64,000 nucleotides of DNA, from the NCBI GenBank assembly GCA_026003335.1, contig BPHB01000001.1, positions 320,591-384,590 of the forward strand. Reading direction: 5' to 3'. Position 1 is the stretch's first letter. The number at the start of each line of letters is the position of its first letter. The translations under genes and the position numbers were made by a program. Positions 28,589-38,548 of the stretch are shown here, piece by piece. Origin of the DNA: Chitinophagales bacterium (GTDB lineage Bacteria; Bacteroidota; Bacteroidia; Chitinophagales; CAIOSU01). The notes under the pieces were generated by a model that was given only the letters and a program-made list of their open reading frames with translations, was not told where the DNA came from and did no database searches.

Positions 28589-29857
28589 TTATGTACGCTG
28601 GCTGACACGTACTCCAAGTTTTTGCAGGTCATCATAAAAAGCGGGGTATGATTTTTCTACAGCCTGACTTTGGCATATTGTCACCGGCTGAGTTGCCCGC
28701 AAAGCAGCCACAGCAGCTGCCATGGCAATGCGATGATCCTGATGGGAATCCACTACCCCACCCTTACAAGCTGAACTACCATTAATGCGCATTGCATTGC
28801 CCTGTAGCCGGATAGCTATGCCCAGCTTACCCAGCTCCTGCTGCAGCGTCAGTGCACGGTTGCTTTCCTTAAAGGTAAGCCGCTGTGTGCCGTGAATTAC
28901 GGACTCTCCTCCGGCAAAGGCGGCCAAAACAGCCAGCACAGGAAAAAGATCAGGACAATCCGTAGCGTCAAATACAAAAGGACGCGCCTCCTTTTTTGTC
29001 ACAGTGATTTTGTGCGGGGTTATTTCCACATGTGCACCATACAACTCCAATACCTGCAAGATAGCCCGATCGGCTTGCAGACTGTCAGGCTTGAGATTAC
29101 TCAGTTCAACCTGGCCGCTAATGGCAGCAGCAGCCATGAGCATAGCAGCGCCACTCCAGTCACCTTCAATTCTTATTTCACAAGGTCTAAATGTCTGGCC
29201 TGGCAAAATCCTGAATTCATTGTCTTCAAAATCTATATGCACTCCAAACTGACGCAGCACATCCAGAGTTAGCATCAGGTAAGGTCGGCTGACAGGCTCC
29301 CGCACATAAATAGACACAGGCTTTTCGGCCGCAAACGCGAAAGCATAGAGCAATCCGGTTATAAACTGAGAGCTAAGAGAGCCATCTACTGAAATATCTT
29401 TAGGCACCAAAGGACCCTGTAGCCAAAAAGGGAGCTTTCCCTGATGAGACCGAAACCTGACAGCCAATAGCTGAAAAACATGATCAAAAAAATGCATTGG
29501 TCTGGTCAACAATGAGCCTTCCCCTTCTATGACAACCGGTGTTTTACTCAATGCAAGAATGGGAGTAAACATACGCGCACTTAAACCGGATTCGCCCATA
29601 GTAACCCGCAAATGCTCCGGAAAACCCGTTGTTCCGCAAATCTTTAATACTTCTCCGACAGAACTAACCCGTGCGCCAGCCTGCATAATCACCTGCAGCG
29701 CTACCTTTTCATCTTTAGAATTACCCCACCCAAGTATGCGTGTTTCGCCATGTGTCAAAAGAGTAGCCGCCAGCACTCTTTGGGTTACACTCTTGGAGGG
29801 CGGACAATTCACCAGCCCTTTCACCTCTTCCACCGGATAGACAGTTGTTGTCATCAT
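28589..29857 (-). CDS. aroA: 3-phosphoshikimate 1-carboxyvinyltransferase (EPSP synthase)
   Basis: 422-aa ORF with N-terminal 'PPSKSVTQRVLAA' (the LPGSKS-type motif) and full-length EPSPS-like two-domain repeats. Confidence 0.9.
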   Translation of the reverse strand: MMTTTVYPVEEVKGLVNCPPSKSVTQRVLAATLLTHGETRILGWGNSKDEKVALQVIMQAGARVSSVGEVLKICGTTGFPEHLRVTMGESGLSARMFTPILALSKTPVVIEGEGSLLTRPMHFFDHVFQLLAVRFRSHQGKLPFWLQGPLVPKDISVDGSLSSQFITGLLYAFAFAAEKPVSIYVREPVSRPYLMLTLDVLRQFGVHIDFEDNEFRILPGQTFRPCEIRIEGDWSGAAMLMAAAAISGQVELSNLKPDSLQADRAILQVLELYGAHVEITPHKITVTKKEARPFVFDATDCPDLFPVLAVLAAFAGGESVIHGTQRLTFKESNRALTLQQELGKLGIAIRLQGNAMRINGSSACKGGVVDSHQDHRIAMAAAVAALRATQPVTICQSQAVEKSYPAFYDDLQKLGVRVSQRT

Positions 29858-30118
29858 GAAAATCCATCAGAATAATCAAATACCTGCATATCACATGCTG
29901 TATTTCATAATCTTTTGCCTGTAGCTCGGCAGTGCATTTGTTCAAATCTCCGACATTTTTTAAACAACATTCGGGTTAAAACTGACACTTCGGCTCACTA
30001 TGTGTCAGGAATTGCAGAATTGATCCTCTGGCAAATAAATTGAAACGCTTTTTATTACAGGGCATTTTGATTAAATTCAAGATGTAGAAGAACATTTTTT
30101 CCTGTCAATTTCATTACA

Positions 30119-31288
30119 ATGAATTTAAAATGGTCACTATACCTGGGGAAACTATTCGGTATCCGGCTCTATATCCACTGGACATTCTGGATACTGATAC
30201 TGTGGATCTTTCTTATGCACTACCGGGCGGGTGAGAATCTCTATGAGGCCACCGTGGGAGTATTGTTCATTCTTGCTTTATTTGCCTGCGTGGTGCTGCA
30301 TGAACTGGGGCATGCTTTAACCGCAAGACGTTTTCATATTCAAACCCGCAACATAACCCTCTTGCCTATAGGAGGTGTTGCAAATCTGGAGCGTATGCCT
30401 GAAAAGCCGGGACAGGAATTTTTAGTAGCCATAGCCGGCCCGCTGGTTAATGTCATTATAGCGGTTTTATTGCTGAGCTACATGCAGTTCACAGGCACTC
30501 TGGAAACAGCAGCACGCCTTGCCCTGACAAACGCTGAAACATATTCCATGACAAAAGAAAATTTCGTGCTGAATCTGATGGCAGTGAATATCATGCTTGT
30601 GTTATTTAACATGATACCGGCTTTCCCGATGGATGGTGGTCGTGTGCTCCGGGCGCTGCTCTCGTATCGGCTGGGAAGGGCCAAAGCCACAGCTATTGCA
30701 GCCACAATCGGACAGCTTCTTGCTATTGTGTTCGTATTCTTTGGATTTTTCTACAACTTCTGGCTGGTTTTTATAGGGCTGTTTATTTTCCTCGGTGCGG
30801 GTGGGGAAGCATCTTTGGAAGCCGCTAAAACTTCACTCTCCGGCTACACTGTAAAGGATGTGTTAATGGTTCGGTTTTCCTGGCTTTCACCGAATGATAC
30901 TCTGGCAAAGGCAGTCGGCCTGCTCCTGGAAGGTCAGGAGCAATCGTTTCTGGTAGGTGATGGCACCCGGGTGCAGGGAATACTTACCCGAAAAGACATT
31001 ATCCGCGGACTAAATGAATTTGGCAAAGACGCATTTGTATCACAGGTAATGCAGAAAAATTTTATTACGCTTCACCCGGATATGCCACTTCAGGAAGTAT
31101 TCCATAACATGCTGAGCAACGGTCATACGTTTGTTCCGGTATTGGATGATCAGGGGCATTTGGTCGGTGTGCTGGACCGCGAAAATATCAGTGAGTTTCT
31201 ATGGATTCGGTCTGCCACACAGAAAAAAGGTCAGGCAGATTTTCCGCTGCAGAAAGCAGCCCTGTCTTCATCTCGATACTTTTCTTAA
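30119..31288 (+). CDS. site-2 protease family (peptidase M50) with tandem CBS domains
   Basis: Zinc motif 'HELGHALTARRF', second motif 'FNMIPAFPMDGGRVL', multiple TM helices and a C-terminal CBS pair. Confidence 0.85.
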   Translation: MNLKWSLYLGKLFGIRLYIHWTFWILILWIFLMHYRAGENLYEATVGVLFILALFACVVLHELGHALTARRFHIQTRNITLLPIGGVANLERMPEKPGQEFLVAIAGPLVNVIIAVLLLSYMQFTGTLETAARLALTNAETYSMTKENFVLNLMAVNIMLVLFNMIPAFPMDGGRVLRALLSYRLGRAKATAIAATIGQLLAIVFVFFGFFYNFWLVFIGLFIFLGAGGEASLEAAKTSLSGYTVKDVLMVRFSWLSPNDTLAKAVGLLLEGQEQSFLVGDGTRVQGILTRKDIIRGLNEFGKDAFVSQVMQKNFITLHPDMPLQEVFHNMLSNGHTFVPVLDDQGHLVGVLDRENISEFLWIRSATQKKGQADFPLQKAALSSSRYFS

Positions 31289-31304
31289 TAAAAACCCAAG
31301 GCCT

Positions 31305-31607
31305 ATGCGTGCATACGAAACCGTAACAGAAGCAATAAATAATCTGAAAAAGCGAGGCTATACACATGACTTCACGTTGCATGCCAACTGTCTGGAGGGC
31401 AGTGCGCTGCAACTAAAACTTCATCCCGAAAATTTTACAATAGATGAATATTATCGCTTTGAAGGAATGACCAACCCCGATGATAACTGTGTTGTATATG
31501 CACTGAGTTCAAAAGATGGGGACAAAGGCATTCTGGTTGATGCCTACGGCACCTATGCCGAACAGCTTACCCCTGAAATGGCTCAAAAGCTCGCGGTGAA
31601 ATGGTAA
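31305..31607 (+). CDS. small conserved hypothetical protein (100 aa)
   Basis: The ATG at 31305 lies in the 31131 frame just after the M50 stop. The sequence 'MRAYETVTEAINNLKKRGYTHDF...' resembles a small Bacteroidota family of unknown function (recalled from memory, not verified). Confidence 0.55.
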   Translation: MRAYETVTEAINNLKKRGYTHDFTLHANCLEGSALQLKLHPENFTIDEYYRFEGMTNPDDNCVVYALSSKDGDKGILVDAYGTYAEQLTPEMAQKLAVKW

Positions 31608-31712
31608 TAGTACATCTGTTGTTGCAGGCTTTTGCAGCTTTGCCCGCCATGCAACTGATAGAAAAAAAAAAGCAGTCCGGACATGTTTATCGGGACCGCC
31701 TTAATTGGAAAG

Positions 31713-31785
31713 TCTCCCTGGCAGGACTCGAACCTGCGACCCAGTGATTAAGAGTCACTTGCTCTACCAACTGAGCTACAGAGAG
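31713..31785 (-). tRNA. tRNA-Lys (anticodon CUU)
   Basis: Manually folded 73-nt cloverleaf: acceptor CTCTCTG/CAGGGAG (one G-U pair), D arm GCTC-AGTTGGTA-GAGC, anticodon arm AGTGA-CTCTTAA-TCACT, T arm GCAGG-TTCGAGT-CCTGC. No encoded CCA. Confidence 0.9.
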
Positions 31786-31860
31786 AATGCTGCAAATTTA
31801 ATAAGGTTCATTGGTTAATGAAACGCTCATTTTCCAAAGTTGACCGATGGGAGCTCTTCA

Positions 31861-32649
31861 TTAAGCTGCAGATCTTTGCCGTAGCGCCTCATATAGCAAC
31901 ACTGCCGCAGCGGCAGAAACGTTGAGCGAGTCAATGATGCCTTTCATCGGAATAACAATTTTATGATGTACATTATCCAGCCAGGCTGCACTCAGTCCTC
32001 TTGCCTCCGAGCCCAGCACAATAGCACAAGGTTTGGTGTAATCGGCCCGGGTATAGAGACAATCACCACTTGGGGAGGCGGCATAAGTTGTAATATGCTT
32101 TTCGTGCAGCCATTTTTTTATTTCTAAGGTATCCGCTGAGACAATACGATTGGTAAAAACCGTACCTAAGCTGGCGCGAATGGTTTGGGGATTATACCAG
32201 TCGGCATCCCCACAAGCAATTACAGCATCTGCCCCTGTAGCATCTGCCGTACGCAGCAATGCCCCCAGGTTTCCGGGTTTCTCTATTTCCTCTACCACCA
32301 GCAACAATGGTTCAGCGGCAAAAGACAACTGCTTCAGTGGCGTTAGCTTTGCCGCAGCCACAGCTATTATGCCTTCGGTAGATTCGCGCATGGCGAGTTT
32401 TTCATACACCTTTTTACTTACCTCAAAAACAGCTGCACCTTGCACCATATCCAGCAACCTGCTCTTTCCGGCTGAGGTAATTGCCGGGCAATGATATACC
32501 TCCCGCAGGGTGTAGCCCCCCTGTATGGCTAAACTGATTTCCCTGACTCCCTCAATCGTAAACACCTGCAGCTTTTTGCGCTCACGGGCTTTTTCCCGCA
32601 GGCGAACAAGTTGCTGAATCCGCTGATTTTTTTCCGAATGAATGACCAT
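31861..32649 (-). CDS. TrmH/SpoU-family RNA 2'-O-methyltransferase
   Basis: SpoU motifs 'PGNLGALLRTADATGA', 'LGSEARGLS' and 'IPMKGIIDSLNVSAAAAVLLYE'. ATG at 32649 preferred over the TTG at 32679. Confidence 0.8.
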   Translation of the reverse strand: MVIHSEKNQRIQQLVRLREKARERKKLQVFTIEGVREISLAIQGGYTLREVYHCPAITSAGKSRLLDMVQGAAVFEVSKKVYEKLAMRESTEGIIAVAAAKLTPLKQLSFAAEPLLLVVEEIEKPGNLGALLRTADATGADAVIACGDADWYNPQTIRASLGTVFTNRIVSADTLEIKKWLHEKHITTYAASPSGDCLYTRADYTKPCAIVLGSEARGLSAAWLDNVHHKIVIPMKGIIDSLNVSAAAAVLLYEALRQRSAA

Positions 32650-32727
32650 TGCCGTATTCGGTGACAAAATATACTTCAATACTTTATCCCGCTCCCGGTG
32701 AGCGGATGAAATTAATTATAATTGCGC

Positions 32728-33648
32728 ATGACCCTAAATTACCGGTTTATTATTCCCTCTCAATGGCGAGACTACGCCCTAATTGATAGTGGTAATTTTG
32801 AAAAGCTGGAACGTTTCGGAAGATATATCCTGCAACGTCCCGAACCTCAGGCTCTCTGGAATAAACGGCTATCGGAGCAAGAGTGGGAACAAAAGCACCA
32901 TGCCCGATATGTACGCGAAAAAGGCACAGACACCTTATCCACAACAGCCGAAAAAGGCCGGTGGATAAAAAAAGCCGGTATGCCTGACCACTGGCCCCTG
33001 TCCTATCACAGCAGGCAGTTAAAACTGCATTTTAATCTTTCGCTTACTGCTTTTGGACATATAGGAATTTTTCCTGAACAGGCCGAGAACTGGGAGTTTA
33101 TTTATAACTGCATCACTTCCCTGCGATCAGCTAACCGTCCGACACCGAAGGTTTTAAATCTCTTTGCCTATACAGGGGGAGCTACGCTTGCCGCCTGTGC
33201 AGCCGGAGCCGAAGTAGTGCATGTGGATGCTGTAAACCAGGTGGTGAAGTGGGCCAGCGAAAACAAACAGGCCAGCAGTCTTCCGGGCGTTACACGTTGG
33301 ATTGTTGAGGATGTCATGAAGTTTGTTAAAAGAGAAGTGAAACGCGGCAGCCGTTATGACGGTATAGTGCTTGACCCGCCTGCTTATGGGCGCGGCCCCA
33401 AAGGGGAAAAGTGGCTGCTGGATAAGCAACTGAACGAACTGCTCTGTTTATGCAGCCGATTGCTCCATCCGAAACGCAGCTTTATGCTTGTAAATATTTA
33501 TTCGGTAGGGCTCTCTGCACTGGTGCTGGACAATATCCTGGATGAGTATTTAAAAAATTGCAAAAGGGAGCTTGGCGAGCTGGTGCTTATGTCTCAAACC
33601 GGGCAAAAGCTTCCGTTGGGAGTTTTCCTTCGTTTCTTTAATGCATAA
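32728..33648 (+). CDS. class I SAM-dependent (RlmI/YwbD-like) methyltransferase
   Basis: SAM-binding 'VLNLFAYTGGATLAACAAGA.VVHVD' and 'DGIVLDPP'. ATG at 32728. Confidence 0.75.
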   Translation: MTLNYRFIIPSQWRDYALIDSGNFEKLERFGRYILQRPEPQALWNKRLSEQEWEQKHHARYVREKGTDTLSTTAEKGRWIKKAGMPDHWPLSYHSRQLKLHFNLSLTAFGHIGIFPEQAENWEFIYNCITSLRSANRPTPKVLNLFAYTGGATLAACAAGAEVVHVDAVNQVVKWASENKQASSLPGVTRWIVEDVMKFVKREVKRGSRYDGIVLDPPAYGRGPKGEKWLLDKQLNELLCLCSRLLHPKRSFMLVNIYSVGLSALVLDNILDEYLKNCKRELGELVLMSQTGQKLPLGVFLRFFNA

Positions 33649-33771
33649 CTGATATTATGCATCTTCAATTTACTCTTCACAAAATCAAAAAGGGATAATT
33701 CGTTATAAATTGCGAAATTGTACCCGAATCGTAAATTTACAGCGTAAAAGGCTACTGATTTTACCTTAAGG

Positions 33772-35352
33772 ATGAACACTATACGAATAGGGCAACAACC
33801 ACTCTCTCTGGAAGAATTTCAGACTCTTCTTTACGAAAAAGCCCATGTAGAGATTGCGGCATCCCGCCTGGAAGAAATTGCCACGAATTATCATTTTCTT
33901 CAGGCCTTTTCCAAAAACAAAATTATTTACGGCATAAACACTGGTTTTGGGCCAATGGCACAGTATCAGGTATCCGAAGATGAACGCATTGAGTCACAGT
34001 ATAATCTTATCAGAAGTCATTGTGCAGGGTCAGGCCGACCGCTACCCTATCTCTTTTCCCGTGCTATGATGATAGACCGGCTCAACACCCTTACTCTTGC
34101 AAAATCTGGTGTACACCCGGATTTGGTGCTGTTACTTAAGGATCTCATCAACCATCAGGTCGCACCGGTACTATACGAGCATGGTGGCGTAGGTGCAAGC
34201 GGAGATCTGGTGCAACTGGCTCACCTGGGCCTGGCCCTTATCGGGGAGGGCATGGTGCATTATCGCGGTGAAGTAAAAAAAGCAGAAGAGGTGTTTCTTC
34301 AGCTGGGGCTGCAACCACTGAAGATACACATTCGCGAGGGGCTGGCTATTCTCAACGGCACTTCTGCCATGACCGGAGCTGCCGTTATCAATATTTTAGC
34401 TGCCGATAATTTACTCAGGTGGAGTATTTTTCTATCGGCTTTTCTGCAAGAAATATTTGAATCCTACAATGACCATTTTTCTTTGCCTCTCAATAAAGCA
34501 AAACTGCACAGGGGCCAGCAATATGTTGCCCAGGCAATGCATGCTCTCCTTTCATCCAGCCAGCGTGTGAAGCATCGTGCAGAAGACCATTATATTCCCA
34601 CAGGCAGTAACGGCAATGGCTATTTTCATCACAAAATTCAGGAATATTATTCTTTGCGATGTGTTCCCCAAATTCTGGGGCCGGTTTACGACACCATTGC
34701 ACACTGCCGCCAAGTTGTTACCAATGAAATCAATTCCGTAAGTGACAACCCTGTAATTGATCACCACAGCGGCCATGTGTATCATGGAGGCAATTTCCAC
34801 GGAGATTACGTTTCTCTGGAAATGGATAAGCTGAAAACAGTCATCATCAAGCTTTCCTTGCTTTCTGAAAGACAGCTCAACTATTTGCTGAATGACAAGC
34901 TGAACAACAAACTGCCTCCGTTTATTAACCCGGCCAAAGTAGGACTCAATTTCGGACTTCAGGGAGTGCAGTTTACTGCAACATCCACGGTCGCTGAAAA
35001 TCAATCTCTGGCTTCCCCGGTTTATGTGCACAGCATACCCTGCAACAATGACAATCAGGATGTGGTCAGCATGGGATTCAATGCAGCCATGATCTGTAAT
35101 AAAGTGATTGAAAACACTTATGAAGTGATGGCTATTGAACTACTGGCAGTTAAACACGCCATTGACTATTTAAAAATAGGCTCCACTATGGCGCATCCGC
35201 TTAAAGATATTTACCTGAAAATACAGGAACTCATCCCCTTTACCTCCACCGATATACCTCGCTATGAGCATATACAGAGCCTGAAAGACTATCTGAAATC
35301 TACGCAGCCTGCTGTCTATCAGCACCCATATACGTTTGTCGCCTCTTTATAA
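33772..35352 (+). CDS. aromatic amino acid ammonia-lyase (MIO enzyme), probable tyrosine ammonia-lyase of the flexirubin/aryl-polyene pathway
   Basis: MIO-forming triad in 'GGVGASGDLVQLAHL' plus 'YGINTGFGPMAQY' and 'NLIRSHCAGSG'. By recollection it is very similar along its length to the Flavobacterium johnsoniae TAL. First gene of the cluster. Confidence 0.8.
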   Translation: MNTIRIGQQPLSLEEFQTLLYEKAHVEIAASRLEEIATNYHFLQAFSKNKIIYGINTGFGPMAQYQVSEDERIESQYNLIRSHCAGSGRPLPYLFSRAMMIDRLNTLTLAKSGVHPDLVLLLKDLINHQVAPVLYEHGGVGASGDLVQLAHLGLALIGEGMVHYRGEVKKAEEVFLQLGLQPLKIHIREGLAILNGTSAMTGAAVINILAADNLLRWSIFLSAFLQEIFESYNDHFSLPLNKAKLHRGQQYVAQAMHALLSSSQRVKHRAEDHYIPTGSNGNGYFHHKIQEYYSLRCVPQILGPVYDTIAHCRQVVTNEINSVSDNPVIDHHSGHVYHGGNFHGDYVSLEMDKLKTVIIKLSLLSERQLNYLLNDKLNNKLPPFINPAKVGLNFGLQGVQFTATSTVAENQSLASPVYVHSIPCNNDNQDVVSMGFNAAMICNKVIENTYEVMAIELLAVKHAIDYLKIGSTMAHPLKDIYLKIQELIPFTSTDIPRYEHIQSLKDYLKSTQPAVYQHPYTFVASL

Positions 35353-35402
35353 AATATAGTGCTGTATAATAGTGAACTTATACACAACTCATTCGTAAGA
35401 AA

Positions 35403-36137
35403 ATGCCGTTAAAATATGCACTGGTAACAGGGGGCTCAAGAGGCATAGGCAAGGCTGTATGTTTACGACTTGCGCAAGATGGTTATGCTGTTCTGGTGAA
35501 CTACCGCAGTAACACAGAGGCCGCTGAAAACACCCTACGCGCTATTCAGCAAGCCGGAGGTACAGGAGAGTTGTTTCCCTTTGATGTAGCACATGCCGAT
35601 GAGGCAGGTAACGCTCTCAATCAATGGATAGAATCCAATCCCGACAAAAGCATTGAAGTGCTGGTGAACAATGCCGGCATCCGCAAAGACAATTTGCTGT
35701 TGATGATGTCCCCCTCCGAATGGAGACAGGTACTACAAACAAATCTGGACAGCTTTTATTACGTAACACGCCCTGTCTTGCAGAGCATGCTCTCCAGACG
35801 CTATGGGAGAATTATTAATATTGTATCCTTATCCGGCATTAAGGGTCTGGCAGGACAAACCAACTATTCGGCAGCCAAAGCAGGTGTGATAGGAGCCACC
35901 AAAGCCCTGGCTCAGGAAGTGGGCAGGCGCAACATCACAGTCAATGCCGTGGCTCCTGGCTTTATTAAAACCGATATGACCGCTGACCTGGATGAGAAAA
36001 CATTCAGAAATTTGATTCCTATGCAACGCTTCGGCAATCCTGAAGAGGTGGCTGAAGTGGTTGCTTTTCTGGCTTCACCGGGCGCCTCTTACATAACCGG
36101 TGAAGTCATTCATGTAAACGGAGGTCTTTATACATGA
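35403..36137 (+). CDS. 3-oxoacyl-ACP reductase (SDR, FabG-like KR)
   Basis: '[10 protein letters not shown]', 'NNAG', catalytic 'YSAAKAG'. Confidence 0.9.
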   Translation: MPLKYALVTGGSRGIGKAVCLRLAQDGYAVLVNYRSNTEAAENTLRAIQQAGGTGELFPFDVAHADEAGNALNQWIESNPDKSIEVLVNNAGIRKDNLLLMMSPSEWRQVLQTNLDSFYYVTRPVLQSMLSRRYGRIINIVSLSGIKGLAGQTNYSAAKAGVIGATKALAQEVGRRNITVNAVAPGFIKTDMTADLDEKTFRNLIPMQRFGNPEEVAEVVAFLASPGASYITGEVIHVNGGLYT

Positions 36138-37357
36138 ACCGCGTTGTCATAACGGGACTGGGCATCTACTCATGCCTGGGCAAAAATCTGGAAGAAGTAA
36201 AACACTCTCTTTATCATGGCAAATCAGGCATAGCATTTTTACCCGAACGCAAAGCTTTTGGCTACCGATCTGCGCTGAGCGGAGTGGTAGAAAGGCCTCA
36301 ACTGAAAGGGTTACTTGACAGGAGGGCTCGGCTCATGCTGGCCGAGGAAGGGGAATATGCCTATATCGCTACGTTGGAAGCCCTTAAAAATGCCCGCCTG
36401 GAGGAAGGTTTTATGCATCAGCATGAAATAGGTATTATCTACGGCAATGATACTTCAGCTCTCGCTGTGATTGAAGCTGTGGATATTATGCGGGAGAAAA
36501 AAAGCACTGTACATGCCGGCTCTGGATCTGTATTCCAGACCCTCAACTCCACCGTAACCATGAACCTGGCTACCATCTTCAAACTTAAGGGCATCAACTT
36601 CACCCTCAGTGCAGCCTGCGCCAGCGGCTCGCATGCCATCGGCATGGCTTACCTGCTGATAAAACATGGCTATCAGAACTGCATCATCTGTGGTGGAGCT
36701 CAGGAAACCAACATTTACTCCATGGGCAACTTTGACGCTTTGGGAGCCTTCTCTATGAGAGAAGATAACCCCACGGCCGCCTCCCGCCCCTTTGATCGTG
36801 ACCGGGACGGACTCGTACCCAGTGGCGGGGCAGCCACCGTGATTCTGGAAAGTGAAAGCTTTGCCAGGAAACGGCGAGCCCCCATACTGGCCGAAGTGAT
36901 CGGATACGGATTTTCCTCCAACGGGAGCCACATCTCCAACCCCAGCGTGGAAGGACCGGTCAGGTCGCTACGCATGGCACTGCATGACGCCCGCATCAGA
37001 CCTGAAGATGTGGACTACATTAATGCACATGCCACCTCTACACCTCAGGGTGATGCCAGCGAAGCAAGGGCGCTGTATGAAGTATTCGGGGACAACATGT
37101 GCCCTGTGAGCTCTACCAAATCCATGACCGGCCATGAATGCTGGATGGCAGGCGCCAGTGAAATTGTGTATTCCATGTTAATGATGCATAACTCCTTTAT
37201 AGCGCCTAATATCAACTTTGAAAACCCGGATGAGGATTCCGCCAGACTGAACATTGCTGCCACTACCCTGGAGCGAAATATACATACTTTTCTATCCAAT
37301 TCTTTTGGGTTTGGAGGAACGAATTCCACCATTGTTGTTCGCGAATGGAATACGTAA
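36134..37357 (+). CDS. beta-ketoacyl-ACP synthase (KS, FabB/F-like)
   Basis: Cys-His-His triad: '[12 protein letters not shown]', '[11 protein letters not shown]', '[10 protein letters not shown]'. ATGA overlap with the KR gene. Confidence 0.9.
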   Translation: MNRVVITGLGIYSCLGKNLEEVKHSLYHGKSGIAFLPERKAFGYRSALSGVVERPQLKGLLDRRARLMLAEEGEYAYIATLEALKNARLEEGFMHQHEIGIIYGNDTSALAVIEAVDIMREKKSTVHAGSGSVFQTLNSTVTMNLATIFKLKGINFTLSAACASGSHAIGMAYLLIKHGYQNCIICGGAQETNIYSMGNFDALGAFSMREDNPTAASRPFDRDRDGLVPSGGAATVILESESFARKRRAPILAEVIGYGFSSNGSHISNPSVEGPVRSLRMALHDARIRPEDVDYINAHATSTPQGDASEARALYEVFGDNMCPVSSTKSMTGHECWMAGASEIVYSMLMMHNSFIAPNINFENPDEDSARLNIAATTLERNIHTFLSNSFGFGGTNSTIVVREWNT

Positions 37358-37366
37358 ATTTGCCCC

Positions 37367-37624
37367 ATGAACAGAGAGGAAGTCGTTACTAAAATCAATG
37401 CGTTTCTGGCAGAAGAATTTGAAATTGCGCCCTCTGCTATTACTCCAGAAGCTTCGCTTAAAGAAACCCTGCAGCTTGACAGTCTGGATTATGTTGACCT
37501 TGTTGTAATCATTGAAAGCAACTTTGGCTTTAAGGTAAAACCGGAAGATTTCACAGGCATTATCACGTTCAATGATTTCTACAACTACATCATGAGTCGC
37601 ATCTCTCCAACCGTAAGCAACTAA
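37367..37624 (+). CDS. acyl carrier protein
   Basis: 85 aa with the phosphopantetheine site 'LQLDSLDYVDLV'. Confidence 0.85.
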   Translation: MNREEVVTKINAFLAEEFEIAPSAITPEASLKETLQLDSLDYVDLVVIIESNFGFKVKPEDFTGIITFNDFYNYIMSRISPTVSN

Positions 37625-38508
37625 TGTCAACCTGGGAAGGTAAGTCCAGAGGAAACAAACTGGGCTATGCCATCTTTGTGGCCATTCTTCGCCATTTGGG
37701 TGTGAAGCCCGCTTATTTATTGTTGCGTTTCATTGCGTTCTATTATTTTATCACCCTATATCAGTCGTCTGCCAATCTTTACTACCTCTACCGGCACAGG
37801 CTTAAGTTCAGCCGGGTGAAAGCCTTGCTGGGCATTTATAAAAATTATTACAGGCTGGGACAAAATATCATTGACAAGGTAGTGGTGATGTCCGGGCTGC
37901 CACATACGTTTACCTTTGATTTTGATGGGGAAGAACATCTTGCTGAAATGGTCAGAAGGGGCACGGGAGGTATTCTCATCAGCGGACATATAGGCAACTG
38001 GGAAATACCCGGTCACTTTTTAAATAAGTTCAATGTGCCTATCAATATCGTGATGTATGATGCAGAAAGGGAACAAATAAAAGAATATCTGGATGAAATT
38101 ACCGGAGGACGCACCGTAAAAGTTATAGCCATAAAAAATGATCTTTCCCATATTTTCCAGATCAGTCAGGCTCTCAATCAGGGAGAGCTCGTATGCATGC
38201 ATGCAGACCGTTTTATGCCGGGTAATCGTACCCTGCTGCTGGATTTTTTGGGCAAACCTGCTCCTTTCCCCTTGGGACCCTTCCTCATTGCTTCATCCCT
38301 CGGAGCTCCCGTGTCTTACGTCTTTGGCATTAAAGAAACTGACCGCCACTATCATCTCTTCGGCAGCCCGCTGAAATTTTTCCCCAAAACCAAAGATGAA
38401 GCCCAGCTCCGCTCCATCATGCAGGAATACGTGCAGGCGCTCGAACAAAAAGTAAAACAATATCCTTATCATTGGTTTAATTATCATAACTTCTGGGCCA
38501 ACCCCTAA
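37624..38508 (+). CDS. LpxL/HtrB-family lysophospholipid/lipid A-type acyltransferase
   Basis: N-terminal TM and the 'SGHIGNWE' (HX4E/D) motif. The start codon overlaps the ACP stop (TAATG). Confidence 0.75.
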   Translation: MSTWEGKSRGNKLGYAIFVAILRHLGVKPAYLLLRFIAFYYFITLYQSSANLYYLYRHRLKFSRVKALLGIYKNYYRLGQNIIDKVVVMSGLPHTFTFDFDGEEHLAEMVRRGTGGILISGHIGNWEIPGHFLNKFNVPINIVMYDAEREQIKEYLDEITGGRTVKVIAIKNDLSHIFQISQALNQGELVCMHADRFMPGNRTLLLDFLGKPAPFPLGPFLIASSLGAPVSYVFGIKETDRHYHLFGSPLKFFPKTKDEAQLRSIMQEYVQALEQKVKQYPYHWFNYHNFWANP

Positions 38509-38548
38509 ACCCTAACCATTTACCAACAGAAACAATTTTTTTTCTTTC

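Noticed and set aside
31131-31304. N-terminal extension of the small ORF (track start 31131) overlapping the M50 protease 3' end
   Set aside because: The extension is the alternative frame of the protease's CBS region. The ATG at 31305, 16 nt after the protease stop, gives a compact 100-aa protein.
31713-33771. tRNA-Lys as an integration site marking the BGC as a genomic island
   Set aside because: There is no integrase, transposase or obvious direct repeat of the tRNA 3' end that I could see. Two housekeeping-type methyltransferase genes lie between the tRNA and the cluster. I could not do an exhaustive repeat search by eye.
33649-33771. Bacteroidota-type promoter (-7 TAnnTTTG) upstream of the ammonia-lyase; similar attempts at 28539-28588 and 42663-42812
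   Set aside because: Only imperfect matches were found (for example TAAATTTA and TAATTTTT), with no convincing -33 element at the right spacing. This is not enough to call a promoter without TSS data.
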